Made by a program: the position numbers and the translations under genes. From assembly GCA_027451965.1 (NCBI GenBank), contig DAIDHJ010000001.1, positions 424,963-488,962 on the forward strand: 64,000 bases of DNA, read 5' to 3'. The stretch comes from Candidatus Adlerbacteria bacterium (GTDB lineage Bacteria > Patescibacteriota > Minisyncoccia > Phycocordibacterales > SBAW01). Of this stretch, positions 18,435 to 27,743 are shown piece by piece (positions within the stretch are counted from its first letter, which is position 1; each line of letters begins with the position of its first letter). Under the pieces are notes generated by a model, which saw only the letters and a program-made list of their open reading frames with translations, ran no database searches and was not told the DNA's origin.

Positions 18435-19701
18435 GGGTGTCTAGTGAGGTAAGTAATTGAGAAGTAGTCATCGTGGATACTTTTCCGGTAGCACGCTCCA
18501 CACACTCGAACATTCCCGCAGCAAGCGTTTTTTCGGACACGACGATGCGCAGCGGGATACCAATCAAATCGCTGTCTGCAAATTTCTCTCCCGCACGCAG
18601 ATCACGATCATCCCAGAGCACTGAGATACCTGCTTGGGTGAGTGTTTGATAAAGCTCATTGGCTTCTGTTCTCACCTCCTCGCTGTCTCCGGAGAGTTCG
18701 ACCAGATGTACTCGAAATGGAGCAATGCTTTCCGGCCACACTATGCCCTTTTCATCAGCAAATAGTTCCACGATAGTGCCCATAAGGCGGGTGATGCCGA
18801 TGCCGTAGGAACCCAAAATGACCGGCTGCTCTTTCCCTGCTTCATCTTTGTAATAGAGGCCGATTTGTTTTGCCTTGGTATCTCCGAAACTGAATATGTT
18901 CCCCACTTCTATAGATTTGTGTGGCCCTTCCAACCCTCCTGTTATTCCTAATTTTTTTAGTATTTCACCACTTTGTCCAAGCGGTTCAAGTATTTCTTGG
19001 TTAATTGCAAGATTTTTCTCACGATGTACATAAATGATATCTTCCCCTGCGTCAGAGAGTGTTTGAAATTCATGGCTGAATTCCGTAAATGCACCACCAG
19101 CGGCGTAGGTGAAGAAAGTGCGGTCTCCTATGCCGACACGATCAAATACGTTGGTGTATGCAGTAATTACTGACGCATAGAATGCTTCGTGGGCCGCTGC
19201 GTCGGTGCTATACGAATAAAGATCTTTCATAACAAATTCCCGGCCGCGCATGATACCACTTTTTGCGCGCAATTCGTTGCGTAATTTTGTTTGAAACTGA
19301 TAGACGTACACAGGAAGATCTCGATAGCTGGAGAGGAAGCTTTTCATCATGTCGGTGATAGGTTCTTCATGCGACCATCCGAAACCAACTTCGCCGCCGC
19401 TTTTGAGTGCGGACTTAAACCAGACATCAACCTTAGCGTCATCCCAACGATCGGTCTGTTCCCACACTTCCTTGCGTTGCAGGGCCGTCATGATGATTTC
19501 CTGGCCGCCGATAGCATTCATTTCTTCGCGCACAATCTGTTTGATACGCTCCACCACCCGCAGTCCAAGCGGCAGGTATGCATACACCCCTGCCATTTCC
19601 TTATGCACAAATCCCGCACGGATAAGCAGTTGTGCGTTTTTTGAAACCTCATCTTTTGGCGCTTCCTTTCTCGTTTTCGTGAATAGTTGTGACTGACGCA
19701 T
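18427..19701 (-). CDS. proS: Proline--tRNA ligase, short form
   Basis: MRQSQLF, YQFQTKLRNE, RGREFVMKD, EVGNIF, GSYGIG, GEKFADSDLIG. Confidence 0.95.
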   Translation of the reverse strand: MRQSQLFTKTRKEAPKDEVSKNAQLLIRAGFVHKEMAGVYAYLPLGLRVVERIKQIVREEMNAIGGQEIIMTALQRKEVWEQTDRWDDAKVDVWFKSALKSGGEVGFGWSHEEPITDMMKSFLSSYRDLPVYVYQFQTKLRNELRAKSGIMRGREFVMKDLYSYSTDAAAHEAFYASVITAYTNVFDRVGIGDRTFFTYAAGGAFTEFSHEFQTLSDAGEDIIYVHREKNLAINQEILEPLGQSGEILKKLGITGGLEGPHKSIEVGNIFSFGDTKAKQIGLYYKDEAGKEQPVILGSYGIGITRLMGTIVELFADEKGIVWPESIAPFRVHLVELSGDSEEVRTEANELYQTLTQAGISVLWDDRDLRAGEKFADSDLIGIPLRIVVSEKTLAAGMFECVERATGKVSTMTTSQLLTSLDTHA

Positions 19702-19746
19702 ATGGCGCCATTGTAATGGCAAACGCGGCAGGGAGCAAAAAACAGC

Positions 19747-20835
19747 CTACGGATGAAGCAGGTGGAGAATGTCGTGGTAGGAAACGGCGATAAGAAGGGC
19801 TATGAGAAGCGCAAAGCCAAGCAAGGTCAGCCGAGTCATGAGACGCTCAGAAATCGCTCTGCCGCGGGCCCGTTCGATAAGAAGGAGTGTCAGCCGGCCG
19901 CCATCCAGACCGGGTATAGGAAGAATATTGATGAGCGCAAGATTGATGGAAATGAGTGCCGTAAGAACGAGCGTGGCACTTGCTCCCTGCTGCACGGCAG
20001 AAGCACCGATATCGGCAATACCGATGGGTCCGGCAATCTGCGAGAAGTTTGCTGTGCCCTTAAACAGCGCAGCGAAGAATACAACAAGACCCTGTGCTGT
20101 GGAAACGGTCATATGCCAAAAGAGCACCGCCCCTTGCTTCAGCGCTTGAAAAAAAGGAAGTTGCACAATGCCGACATCAGCCAGTTCTACGCCGATCACC
20201 CGTTCTCCCAGCACAATGCCGGGCGCAGGAGTCACTAAAAATGTTTTCTGCATCCCATGACGCTCGACAGAGAGCACAATACTCTGCGTTTGATGATTCG
20301 CAATAAATTGTTGTACATGGAGAGCATCCGCTCCTGAGGAAAGCGCTGTCGCACCAGTTTCAACAGCAGTGATCTGGTCGCCGGACATGAGTCCTACTTT
20401 ATCCGCCGGAGAACCAGGCACGACGGAAACGATAGTGGTATGCGGATGCGCAATGGTTCCTACTCCTGAGTTTGCCGCGGCAGGAATACCCACCATGTAC
20501 CCCGCGGAAAGAAGGATCCATGCAAACAGCAAATTGCATAGAATACCAGCAATGACTACTGTTCCTTGTAGGTACCACGGCTTATCTGTAAAACGCCTTC
20601 CTCCTGGCTGTACATCTGTTTCGGTGCTTTCTCCAAAAATACGCACAAATCCGCCAAACAAGAGCAGATTGAATGAATAGAGTGTATCTCCTTTTTGTAT
20701 GCCAAAGAGCCGCGGCGGAAATCCAATACCAAATTCCTCGACCCGCATACCGGAAAGCTTTGCCATCACAAAGTGACCGAACTCATGTACGAGAATAAGA
20801 GCAATAAGGATGATGACAAAGATGAAGAGCGCCAT
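19747..20835 (-). CDS. rseP: RIP metalloprotease RseP (M50 + PDZ)
   Basis: HEFGH, GGFVRI, PDZ, NILPIPGLDGG. Confidence 0.95.
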   Translation of the reverse strand: MALFIFVIILIALILVHEFGHFVMAKLSGMRVEEFGIGFPPRLFGIQKGDTLYSFNLLLFGGFVRIFGESTETDVQPGGRRFTDKPWYLQGTVVIAGILCNLLFAWILLSAGYMVGIPAAANSGVGTIAHPHTTIVSVVPGSPADKVGLMSGDQITAVETGATALSSGADALHVQQFIANHQTQSIVLSVERHGMQKTFLVTPAPGIVLGERVIGVELADVGIVQLPFFQALKQGAVLFWHMTVSTAQGLVVFFAALFKGTANFSQIAGPIGIADIGASAVQQGASATLVLTALISINLALINILPIPGLDGGRLTLLLIERARGRAISERLMTRLTLLGFALLIALLIAVSYHDILHLLHP

Positions 20836-20837
20836 AT

Positions 20838-21389
20838 CTACCCCACTATCTCCTTCTCTTTCCGGGCAAACGCCTCATCGAATACTTGGTTGGCTGCATC
20901 TACTCGTTTCTGCATGTCTTCTTTGTTGCGGAATTTATCATCCTCACTGATCTGTTTATTGCGTTCCTGTGCTTGAATGTCGTTCCATACGTCATCACGC
21001 GCGCCACGCAGTGCGGTACGCGCATCTTCAAGCTTTGCTTTTGCCAACTTAATGAGCGCCTGTCGACGCTCCGCGGTCAGTTCCGGAAAAAAAATGCGTA
21101 GCCCTTTATCGTCAGTGCTTACCGAAAGACCGAGATTAGCAGCAACGATCGCCTTCTCTATCTCCTTACTCTGCGACTGATCCCATGGGGCAATGCGCAA
21201 GGTGCGCGCATCTTCGATAGTGATTGAAGCTACCTGTCCGATATGCATGCGCGTGCCGTAACTCTCTACGAGCACGCTGTCGAGAATCGACGGCGTAGCC
21301 CTACCGGTGCGGATACTGGAAAACTCTCGTGCCAAATGCTCCTGAATGTCTTGTATGCGCTGTTCAAACGCGGTGAAGGAATATGCCAT
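20838..21389 (-). CDS. frr: Ribosome recycling factor
   Basis: IRTGRATP, PELTAERR. Confidence 0.97.
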   Translation of the reverse strand: MAYSFTAFEQRIQDIQEHLAREFSSIRTGRATPSILDSVLVESYGTRMHIGQVASITIEDARTLRIAPWDQSQSKEIEKAIVAANLGLSVSTDDKGLRIFFPELTAERRQALIKLAKAKLEDARTALRGARDDVWNDIQAQERNKQISEDDKFRNKEDMQKRVDAANQVFDEAFARKEKEIVG

Positions 21390-21401
21390 AACGAAAGTAT
21401 A

Positions 21402-22064
21402 CTATATTCGAAATCGCTTGGCGGCAGGCGGATAAAGTTTGAGGAGTGGATCTTTGTTCGTGTCATACGGACGAGCGGGGGCAATGGTTCTCCCATACTC
21501 GATTACTCGGTAGGTAAAAGGAAACCATTCTTTTTTTGGCAACAACTCCATCAGATCTTTTTCAATCCGTACGGGATCCCGATAGTCGGAAAGATCATAT
21601 CGACGAACAAAGCGGAGCACATGCGTATCAACGGCAATGCCTTCAACCACGCCAAAGGCATTACCGAGCACTACATTCGCTGTTTTCCGCGCAACACCCG
21701 GGAATCGAAGCAATTCCGGCATAGTAGCGGGTAGCTTGCCTCGATAGCGTTCTTTGAGCAGTTTTGCGGCCGCAAGAATGTTCTTTGTCTTTACCCGATA
21801 ATAGCCGGCTGAGCGAATGTCCTGCGCAAATGTTTCCGGCTTCGCCCGTACATATGCATCCAGTGTTTTGTACTTTTTAAACAACCGTTCCGTAATACGG
21901 TTCACCATCTTGTCGGTGCATTGTGCACTCAGTTCAACTGCAACCAAGAGTTCCCAGGGCGTTTTGTAGTTGAGCGCGATGTGCGCCCCAGGAAACAGCT
22001 GTTTGAGCTTCCGATTGAGAGCGTAGAGGCGTGCTTTACGCACCATGAACTGCTGCTTGGTCAT
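21402..22064 (-). CDS. nth: Endonuclease III
   Basis: LSAQCTD, PGVARKTANVV, AVDTHV; C-terminal Fe-S cysteines absent. Confidence 0.92.
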   Translation of the reverse strand: MTKQQFMVRKARLYALNRKLKQLFPGAHIALNYKTPWELLVAVELSAQCTDKMVNRITERLFKKYKTLDAYVRAKPETFAQDIRSAGYYRVKTKNILAAAKLLKERYRGKLPATMPELLRFPGVARKTANVVLGNAFGVVEGIAVDTHVLRFVRRYDLSDYRDPVRIEKDLMELLPKKEWFPFTYRVIEYGRTIAPARPYDTNKDPLLKLYPPAAKRFRI

Positions 22065-22699
22065 AGAGACGGAAGCGTTATAGCAAGATGTTCCAGTAAC
22101 AGTTTCAGTGAAGCGCTATGATCGGAAAGATAGGATCGCACCAATGTAATCGCTGCAAGTCCTTCTCGGACATCAGCACGTGCGCTGGCAAGCGGATAGA
22201 GTGTCTGTTCGAGCGCATCCAAAAGATGCCGTACGCGATCTCGAACTCCCTCTTCTTCCGAAAGCAGCGTGGCGATCATCTTGCTTCGTTCACCAGCAGG
22301 CAACCGCAGCAGCTCTGCCCCTGCTTCGTCCGCATCTTCTGTAAATACACTCGGATACTGTATGAACCGAGAACGGAGCGCCGGCAGCAGTATGCCGGGC
22401 GGTATAAGCAGTACAAGCACCATACCCAAGGGCGGTTCTTCCGCGAGCTTGAGAAGCGCCTGTTGCGCCTGCGTGGTGATAAGCGAAGCGGCAAGGATAA
22501 ACAGCGATGTTCCTGTCGTACTTTTCAGCAGGGCTCGATCCGCAATAGTGCGTACCTCCTCTATGCCCAAGGTATCCCATACGCTGGCATAGATATTCGG
22601 ATCATCAGGCTCGGTCACCTTAAACCGAACTCGCGCATCGGCCACAAGCTGCGGATACAATGTGCGCAGTCCTTCATACACGTATGCGTGATGCTGCAT
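22061..22699 (-). CDS. holB: DNA polymerase III delta-prime-like protein, short form
   Basis: IEEVR, AQQALLKLAEEPP, LLPALRSR. Confidence 0.75.
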   Translation of the reverse strand: MQHHAYVYEGLRTLYPQLVADARVRFKVTEPDDPNIYASVWDTLGIEEVRTIADRALLKSTTGTSLFILAASLITTQAQQALLKLAEEPPLGMVLVLLIPPGILLPALRSRFIQYPSVFTEDADEAGAELLRLPAGERSKMIATLLSEEEGVRDRVRHLLDALEQTLYPLASARADVREGLAAITLVRSYLSDHSASLKLLLEHLAITLPSL

Positions 22700-22700
22700 G

Positions 22701-23714
22701 TTAGCGCTTTGCAATGATTGCCTTTTTATAGGTATCCAAATGATCAAGAGCGATACCGGTTCCTTTCGCCACACAAAAAAGCGCTTCGTCTGCTACTTGC
22801 GCTTTGACACCCGTGCGACGCAAGACCAACTCGGGGAAATGCCGCAGCTGTGAAGTTCCTCCGGTCATGACAATACCGCGGTCAATAATATCGCTGGCAA
22901 ACTCCGGCGGTGTTTCCTGGAGCACGTCTCGGATCGCTTTGATGATTTCCCGCAGTTCCCGTCCCATCGCCTTCACAATATCGTTGGTTTTAAGTTCGAT
23001 AGATCTCGGCAATCCGGTAATAAAATCGCGGCCTCGCACCTGCATGACCAATTCTTCATCGAGAGGAACCGCCGATCCGATAGTGATCTTCACATCTTCT
23101 GCTGTTTTCTCCCCGATGGCGAGGTTGTACGTCTTCTTGATGTAATCGGCAATCGCATAATCCAACCGATCGCCTGCGCATTTGATGGAGGTTGAGGCGA
23201 CAATCCCGCCCAGAGAAATCACGGCGATATCGGTGGTGCCACCCCCGATATCAATGACCATGTTGCCGCGCGGTTCCTGAATAGGAATGCCTGCACCGAT
23301 CGCCGCCAGCACCGATTCTTTGACCACGTAGGCGCTCTTTGCGCCTGCACGAATTGCCGCTTCCACCACCGCGCGTCGTTCTGTGGATGTCACGCCGGTG
23401 GGCACCGACACCATGACTTCGGGACGGAAGAGTTGGAACGTGCCGAGCGCTTTCGTGATGAAATAGCGCAGCATCGCCTGCGTGACGCGATAATCGGCGA
23501 TCACTCCGTCTCGCATCGGACGGTACGCGATGATTTCTCCTGGCGTGCGACCCACCATTTCCTTGGCTTTCGCGCCAACCGCAAGCACCCGTTTGTCTAT
23601 TTCAGAAATGGCAACAACTGATGATTCATTGAGTACGATACCCTTACCAGGAACATACACGAGCGTATTGGCAGTGCCTAGATCGATGCCGAGTTTGGGA
23701 GTAAAAAATGCCAT
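22701..23714 (-). CDS. mreB: Second MreB/Mbl paralogue
   Basis: GIDLGTANT, RPMRDGVIAD, IDIGGGTTD. Confidence 0.93.
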   Translation of the reverse strand: MAFFTPKLGIDLGTANTLVYVPGKGIVLNESSVVAISEIDKRVLAVGAKAKEMVGRTPGEIIAYRPMRDGVIADYRVTQAMLRYFITKALGTFQLFRPEVMVSVPTGVTSTERRAVVEAAIRAGAKSAYVVKESVLAAIGAGIPIQEPRGNMVIDIGGGTTDIAVISLGGIVASTSIKCAGDRLDYAIADYIKKTYNLAIGEKTAEDVKITIGSAVPLDEELVMQVRGRDFITGLPRSIELKTNDIVKAMGRELREIIKAIRDVLQETPPEFASDIIDRGIVMTGGTSQLRHFPELVLRRTGVKAQVADEALFCVAKGTGIALDHLDTYKKAIIAKR

Positions 23715-23789
23715 GGGGTCATGATACCTGAGGGTAACGAGCAAAACAAATTTTGTCAGGAACCGGGAGAAGATGCTAGTCTAGTCTGC

Positions 23790-25106
23790 ATGCAACCTAC
23801 CGTTAACTTCAAAATCGATGGCGGCAAGAAACTCCACGGTACGGTGACCGTAAACTCTTCAAAAAACGGCGCAGTGGCCCTGTTGTGCGCCTCGCTCATC
23901 AACCGCGGAAAAACGACGCTCAAATCAGTGCCGAAAATAGAAGAGGTACACCGCATCATCGAGGTCCTGCGCTCCATCGGGACCATAGTGGAATGGCACG
24001 GTACGTCTGTAGTGATCACGCCTCCTGCTCACTTTTCACTGCCAAGCATTGATGTAGAGGCCGCACAACGTACGCGCAGTATTATCATGTTCACCGGCGC
24101 GCTCATACACACCATTCCCTCTTTCGCGCTTCCGCAGGCGGGCGGATGCCGCCTGGGATCACGCACGGTGCGCCCGCATGTCTATGCGCTTGAAAACTTT
24201 GGCGTCTCCATCACTGCGACGCGCACCGCCTGGGAAGTGACTACAAAGGATCTGCATCCGGCAGAAATACTGATGTACGAATCAGGCGATACGGCGACCA
24301 TAAACGCCATTCTTGCCGCAGCAGGTATTCCCGGCAAAAGCACGATCAAATACGCTTCCGCAAACTACCAGGTGCAGAACCTTTGCACCTTCCTATCGCA
24401 ACTGGGCATCAAGATAGACGGCGTAGGTACCACCACGCTTGTCGTGCACGGCAAAAAGCACATCAAAAAAGACGTGGTGTGCTCTGTTACGGAAGATCCG
24501 ACGGATGCTATGTTCTTTATCGCCACCGCTCTGGTCACCCACTCCTCTCTCACGATAAAACGTTGCCCTATTGAATTTATCGAACTGGAATTGCTGGTGC
24601 TTGAAAAAATGAATGCGAAATATAAAATTTTGCGCCGCTATACCGGAGAAGGCCATGTCAAACTTGCTGATATCCAGATACTCCCGAGCCGCTTGGTGGC
24701 ACCGCCGGAAAAAATTCATCCGCTCCCCTATCCCGGACTCAATATCGACAACCTGCCCTTCTTCGCGGTCATTGCAACACAGGCGCGCGGCACCACGCTC
24801 ATCCATGATTGGGTGTATGAAAAGCGAGCACTCTACTTTACAGAGCTCGACAAGCTCGGAGCCACTACGCTGCTTGCTGATCCACACCGCATTTCCATAA
24901 CCGGACCTACTTCTCTGCGCGCCGCAGATCTCATCTGTCCTCCTGCGCTGCGTCCGGCGACGATTCTGCTTATCGCGATGCTCGGCGCGAAAGGCACGTC
25001 CGTGCTGCGCAATATCTATAGCATCAACCGCGGCTATGAAGGCCTCATAGCTCGCCTTTCTTCGCTGGGCGCCCGAATTGAGATGCTTGAGGAACGTGCT
25101 TTTTAG
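23790..25106 (+). CDS. murA: UDP-N-acetylglucosamine 1-carboxyvinyltransferase
   Basis: SKNGAVALL, GGCRLGSR, RGYE; start re-called at MQPT. Confidence 0.93.
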   Translation: MQPTVNFKIDGGKKLHGTVTVNSSKNGAVALLCASLINRGKTTLKSVPKIEEVHRIIEVLRSIGTIVEWHGTSVVITPPAHFSLPSIDVEAAQRTRSIIMFTGALIHTIPSFALPQAGGCRLGSRTVRPHVYALENFGVSITATRTAWEVTTKDLHPAEILMYESGDTATINAILAAAGIPGKSTIKYASANYQVQNLCTFLSQLGIKIDGVGTTTLVVHGKKHIKKDVVCSVTEDPTDAMFFIATALVTHSSLTIKRCPIEFIELELLVLEKMNAKYKILRRYTGEGHVKLADIQILPSRLVAPPEKIHPLPYPGLNIDNLPFFAVIATQARGTTLIHDWVYEKRALYFTELDKLGATTLLADPHRISITGPTSLRAADLICPPALRPATILLIAMLGAKGTSVLRNIYSINRGYEGLIARLSSLGARIEMLEERAF

Positions 25107-25353
25107 GATTTATTTCCCACCAAAACTTTTTTGAGAAATCCTTTGCTTGTTCGCACACACTTTTGAGGTAGTACAAATCCTTGGTGGGAATCCCTTGGAG
25201 GATCTTTCCCATCCGCGGCATGGAAAGCGGTGGGAGGTGGTCCCGCACGCGACTGCGGTTGAGTGCATCGCAGAAATAGCGCATGAGCTCGCCGCGCTCA
25301 GTCGCCTTATCCTGTGTTTTCTTTTTTGAGAGATGAGCACTGATATGCTCCAT
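25045..25353 (-). CDS. Hypothetical basic protein
   Basis: TATACT 6 nt before ATG; protein-like sequence TERGELMRYF..KDLYYLKSVC..KKFWWE. Confidence 0.7.
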   Translation of the reverse strand: MEHISAHLSKKKTQDKATERGELMRYFCDALNRSRVRDHLPPLSMPRMGKILQGIPTKDLYYLKSVCEQAKDFSKKFWWEINPKKHVPQASQFGRPAKKGEL

Positions 25354-25402
25354 AGCTTCAGTATATGGGAAAAACGCCTTTTTTTGTATATACTTTTCTC
25401 AC

Positions 25403-25888
25403 ATGCCCATCGTACAGACCGGCAATCCCGTATTGCGCCAAAAAGCAAAAGCAGTGCCCAAAAAAGAAATTGGTGCCCTGCGCAGCACACTGCGTCGCAT
25501 GCATGCCACGCTTGCCAAAGAAGAGCACGGGGTAGCGCTTGCCGCACCGCAGATCGGCGTATCGAAGCGCCTGTTTATCATTTCAGAGAAAGTATTCGCC
25601 GATGAAGACGCTCCGAAACAGAAACATCTGGTGTTCATCAATCCGGAATTAGTGCGTCTTTCACGAGCAAAAAAAGAGATGTCGGAAGGCTGCCTGTCGG
25701 TGCGCGGCACGTACGGCATCGTAGAGCGACATGAAAAAGCAACTGTGCACGCGCTGGACGAACACGGACTGCCGTTCACTTACCACGGTTCAGGACTCAT
25801 CGCACAGATTTTTCAGCATGAAATAGACCACCTTAACGGCATTCTTTACACTGATAAGGCAGAACAGTTTACCTACGAATCAGAATAA
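25403..25888 (+). CDS. def: Peptide deformylase
   Basis: GVALAAPQIG, EGCLS, QHEIDHLNG. Confidence 0.98.
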   Translation: MPIVQTGNPVLRQKAKAVPKKEIGALRSTLRRMHATLAKEEHGVALAAPQIGVSKRLFIISEKVFADEDAPKQKHLVFINPELVRLSRAKKEMSEGCLSVRGTYGIVERHEKATVHALDEHGLPFTYHGSGLIAQIFQHEIDHLNGILYTDKAEQFTYESE

Positions 25889-25890
25889 CC

Positions 25891-26766
25891 ATGCAGTCTC
25901 CTTTATTCGCCTTCTTCGGCACTTCTCGGTTTGCAGTCCAGGTACTTACCGCGCTTGAGACGCACGGCTTGTTTCCGGCACTCGTTGTGTGCGCTCCGGA
26001 CAAGCCAGCAGGACGGGGTCAGCAGCTCACCCCTGCACCCACAAAAGTGTGGGCGCAAGAGCGTGATATTGATGTCATGACGCCGGAGAAACTGGATGCT
26101 GCGTTTATAGAAAGCATCAGCAATTCAGAGTGGCAGGTATTCTGTACTGCCGCATACGGCAAGCTACTGCCAGAGCAACTCCTTTCCCTTCCCGCGCACG
26201 GAGCGCTTAATGTGCATCCCTCACTGCTTCCCAAATTCCGCGGCCCTTCCCCGGTGCTTTCCGCTATTCTTGCGGACGAACGCGAGACAGGCGTTTCCAT
26301 TATTGAGATGGATGCACAAATGGATCACGGTCCCATAGTCGCCCAAGGACGAGTGGAATTGGAATCAGATGCGTGGCCGCCGCGTGGTAGTCTCTTTGAA
26401 GATCTGCTGGCTACCGAAGGCGGCAATTTGCTTGCCGAAGTACTGCCCTTGTGGGTACGTGGCGAAATCACCCCAGTGGCACAAGATGATGCGCAGGCGA
26501 CGTACACAAAGAAATTTACTGATGCCGATGCGCGGATTTCGCTCCATGATGATCCACAAGCCATGCTGCTGCGAATTCGGGCATTTGATCGCAATCCGCG
26601 CGCCTATTGCATCGCACAGACCAAAGAAGGAAAACAGATCCGCGTCATTATCACCGATGCAGAGCTCGTAGATTCTCGCCTAGTTATCAAACAAGTGATT
26701 CCCGAAGGAAAGCGGGAGATGCCGTACGAGACGTTCTTAGCTTCCGGCGCTACGGTCGTCTCCTGA
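25891..26766 (+). CDS. fmt: Methionyl-tRNA formyltransferase
   Basis: PDKPAGRG, NVHPSLLPKFRGPSP, MDHGP. Confidence 0.97.
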   Translation: MQSPLFAFFGTSRFAVQVLTALETHGLFPALVVCAPDKPAGRGQQLTPAPTKVWAQERDIDVMTPEKLDAAFIESISNSEWQVFCTAAYGKLLPEQLLSLPAHGALNVHPSLLPKFRGPSPVLSAILADERETGVSIIEMDAQMDHGPIVAQGRVELESDAWPPRGSLFEDLLATEGGNLLAEVLPLWVRGEITPVAQDDAQATYTKKFTDADARISLHDDPQAMLLRIRAFDRNPRAYCIAQTKEGKQIRVIITDAELVDSRLVIKQVIPEGKREMPYETFLASGATVVS

Positions 26767-27112
26767 ATCCGCGCAAAAAGTCTTTGATGCGCGCCGCATG
26801 CTCTCGCATGCTCCGCTGTCCTTTCTTCTTGAGCTTTGCGATTTCACGATTGAACTCTTCTACTGCCAGATCTATGGCTTCGTGGAGAGCACTGCCGTCC
26901 GCACGTGCATATATCGTCTTCTTGTTGCTCAGTAATTTGAATGCTGCCTCATACCGCTCAGGAACGGTACCGGCGTCATAGGTCAGTGTGATATCAAAGG
27001 TATAGCTTGCATCTCCTTGGAGCAGCTTCTGCGCATGTCCCAACTTCTTATCAAGATATTCGCGGATTTCCTGAGACAATTCAATACCGGAACCTTGTAA
27101 GTTGTAATTCAT
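26750..27112 (-). CDS. hpf: Ribosome hibernation factor HPF/RaiA
   Basis: IELSQEIREYLDKKL, LHEAIDLA. Confidence 0.85.
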   Translation of the reverse strand: MNYNLQGSGIELSQEIREYLDKKLGHAQKLLQGDASYTFDITLTYDAGTVPERYEAAFKLLSNKKTIYARADGSALHEAIDLAVEEFNREIAKLKKKGQRSMREHAARIKDFLRGFRRRP

Positions 27113-27190
27113 ATTTTTTCGCTATGTATTTTACCATACCGACTTTTCTCTAGCCTATTTTTTGAGTATACTCAGATACGTTCGCTATAT

Positions 27191-27262
27191 TCCGGTGTAG
27201 CTCAATGGTAGAGCAGCTCCCTGTTAAGGAGTTGGTTGTAGGTTCGAGTCCTACCGCCGGAG
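27191..27262 (+). tRNA. tRNA-Asn(GTT), CCA not encoded
   Basis: TCCGGTG/CGCCGGA acceptor stem, anticodon loop CT-GTT-AA, GGTTCGAGTCC. Confidence 0.97.
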
Positions 27263-27457
27263 CAAAGTAGTCGAGTTAAGGTCAGAATCTCCCTTTTGTC
27301 CTTGATTCATCGAGGTATTTTCTGGTTCGTAGGCTTGATTCAGTTTTGGCATCCAAAATGCAAGATATTCGCCCGCCGATGTGTAATTCGGCTTGATGGT
27401 GCGCCTGTTTTGAGTCAGGTTCGTAAACGTACAGATACCATCTATTTCGGAATGGTA
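27251..27457 (-). pseudogene. Putative 3' remnant of a site-specific recombinase reading into the tRNA
   Basis: 68-codon open frame with no start at its 5' end, ...FTNLTQNRRTIKPNYTSAGEYLAFWMPKLNQAYEP...NSTTLLRR*, with the stop inside the tRNA; recombinase identity is inference, no catalytic motif left. Confidence 0.5.
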
Positions 27458-27560
27458 TTACGAACCAAATTGGGTTGAAATACCATTGGTACACCATGGA
27501 AAGTCGGCACTTGGAGATGCTGTTAAAGTGCCTCAAACTAGGGTTTAATGAAGGCGTAAT

Positions 27561-27743
27561 ATGGGTAGCAAAATCATCAAAGAGCATTTGGAGGCACTGG
27601 ATGCCGAGAAGAAATACGATAAGGAGTTTATTCGTATCCTCCAAGGAGCAAACGAGCAAAACCTGGATGGAGAGAGTGTGGCAGAGGAGGTAATTAAAGC
27701 CATCAACGCCAGATATGTTAAAAGTCAAAAAGATAACTCTTAG
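27561..27743 (+). CDS. 60-aa charged helical protein
   Basis: ATG start, overlaps the ATPase start by 29 nt. Confidence 0.65.
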   Translation: MGSKIIKEHLEALDAEKKYDKEFIRILQGANEQNLDGESVAEEVIKAINARYVKSQKDNS

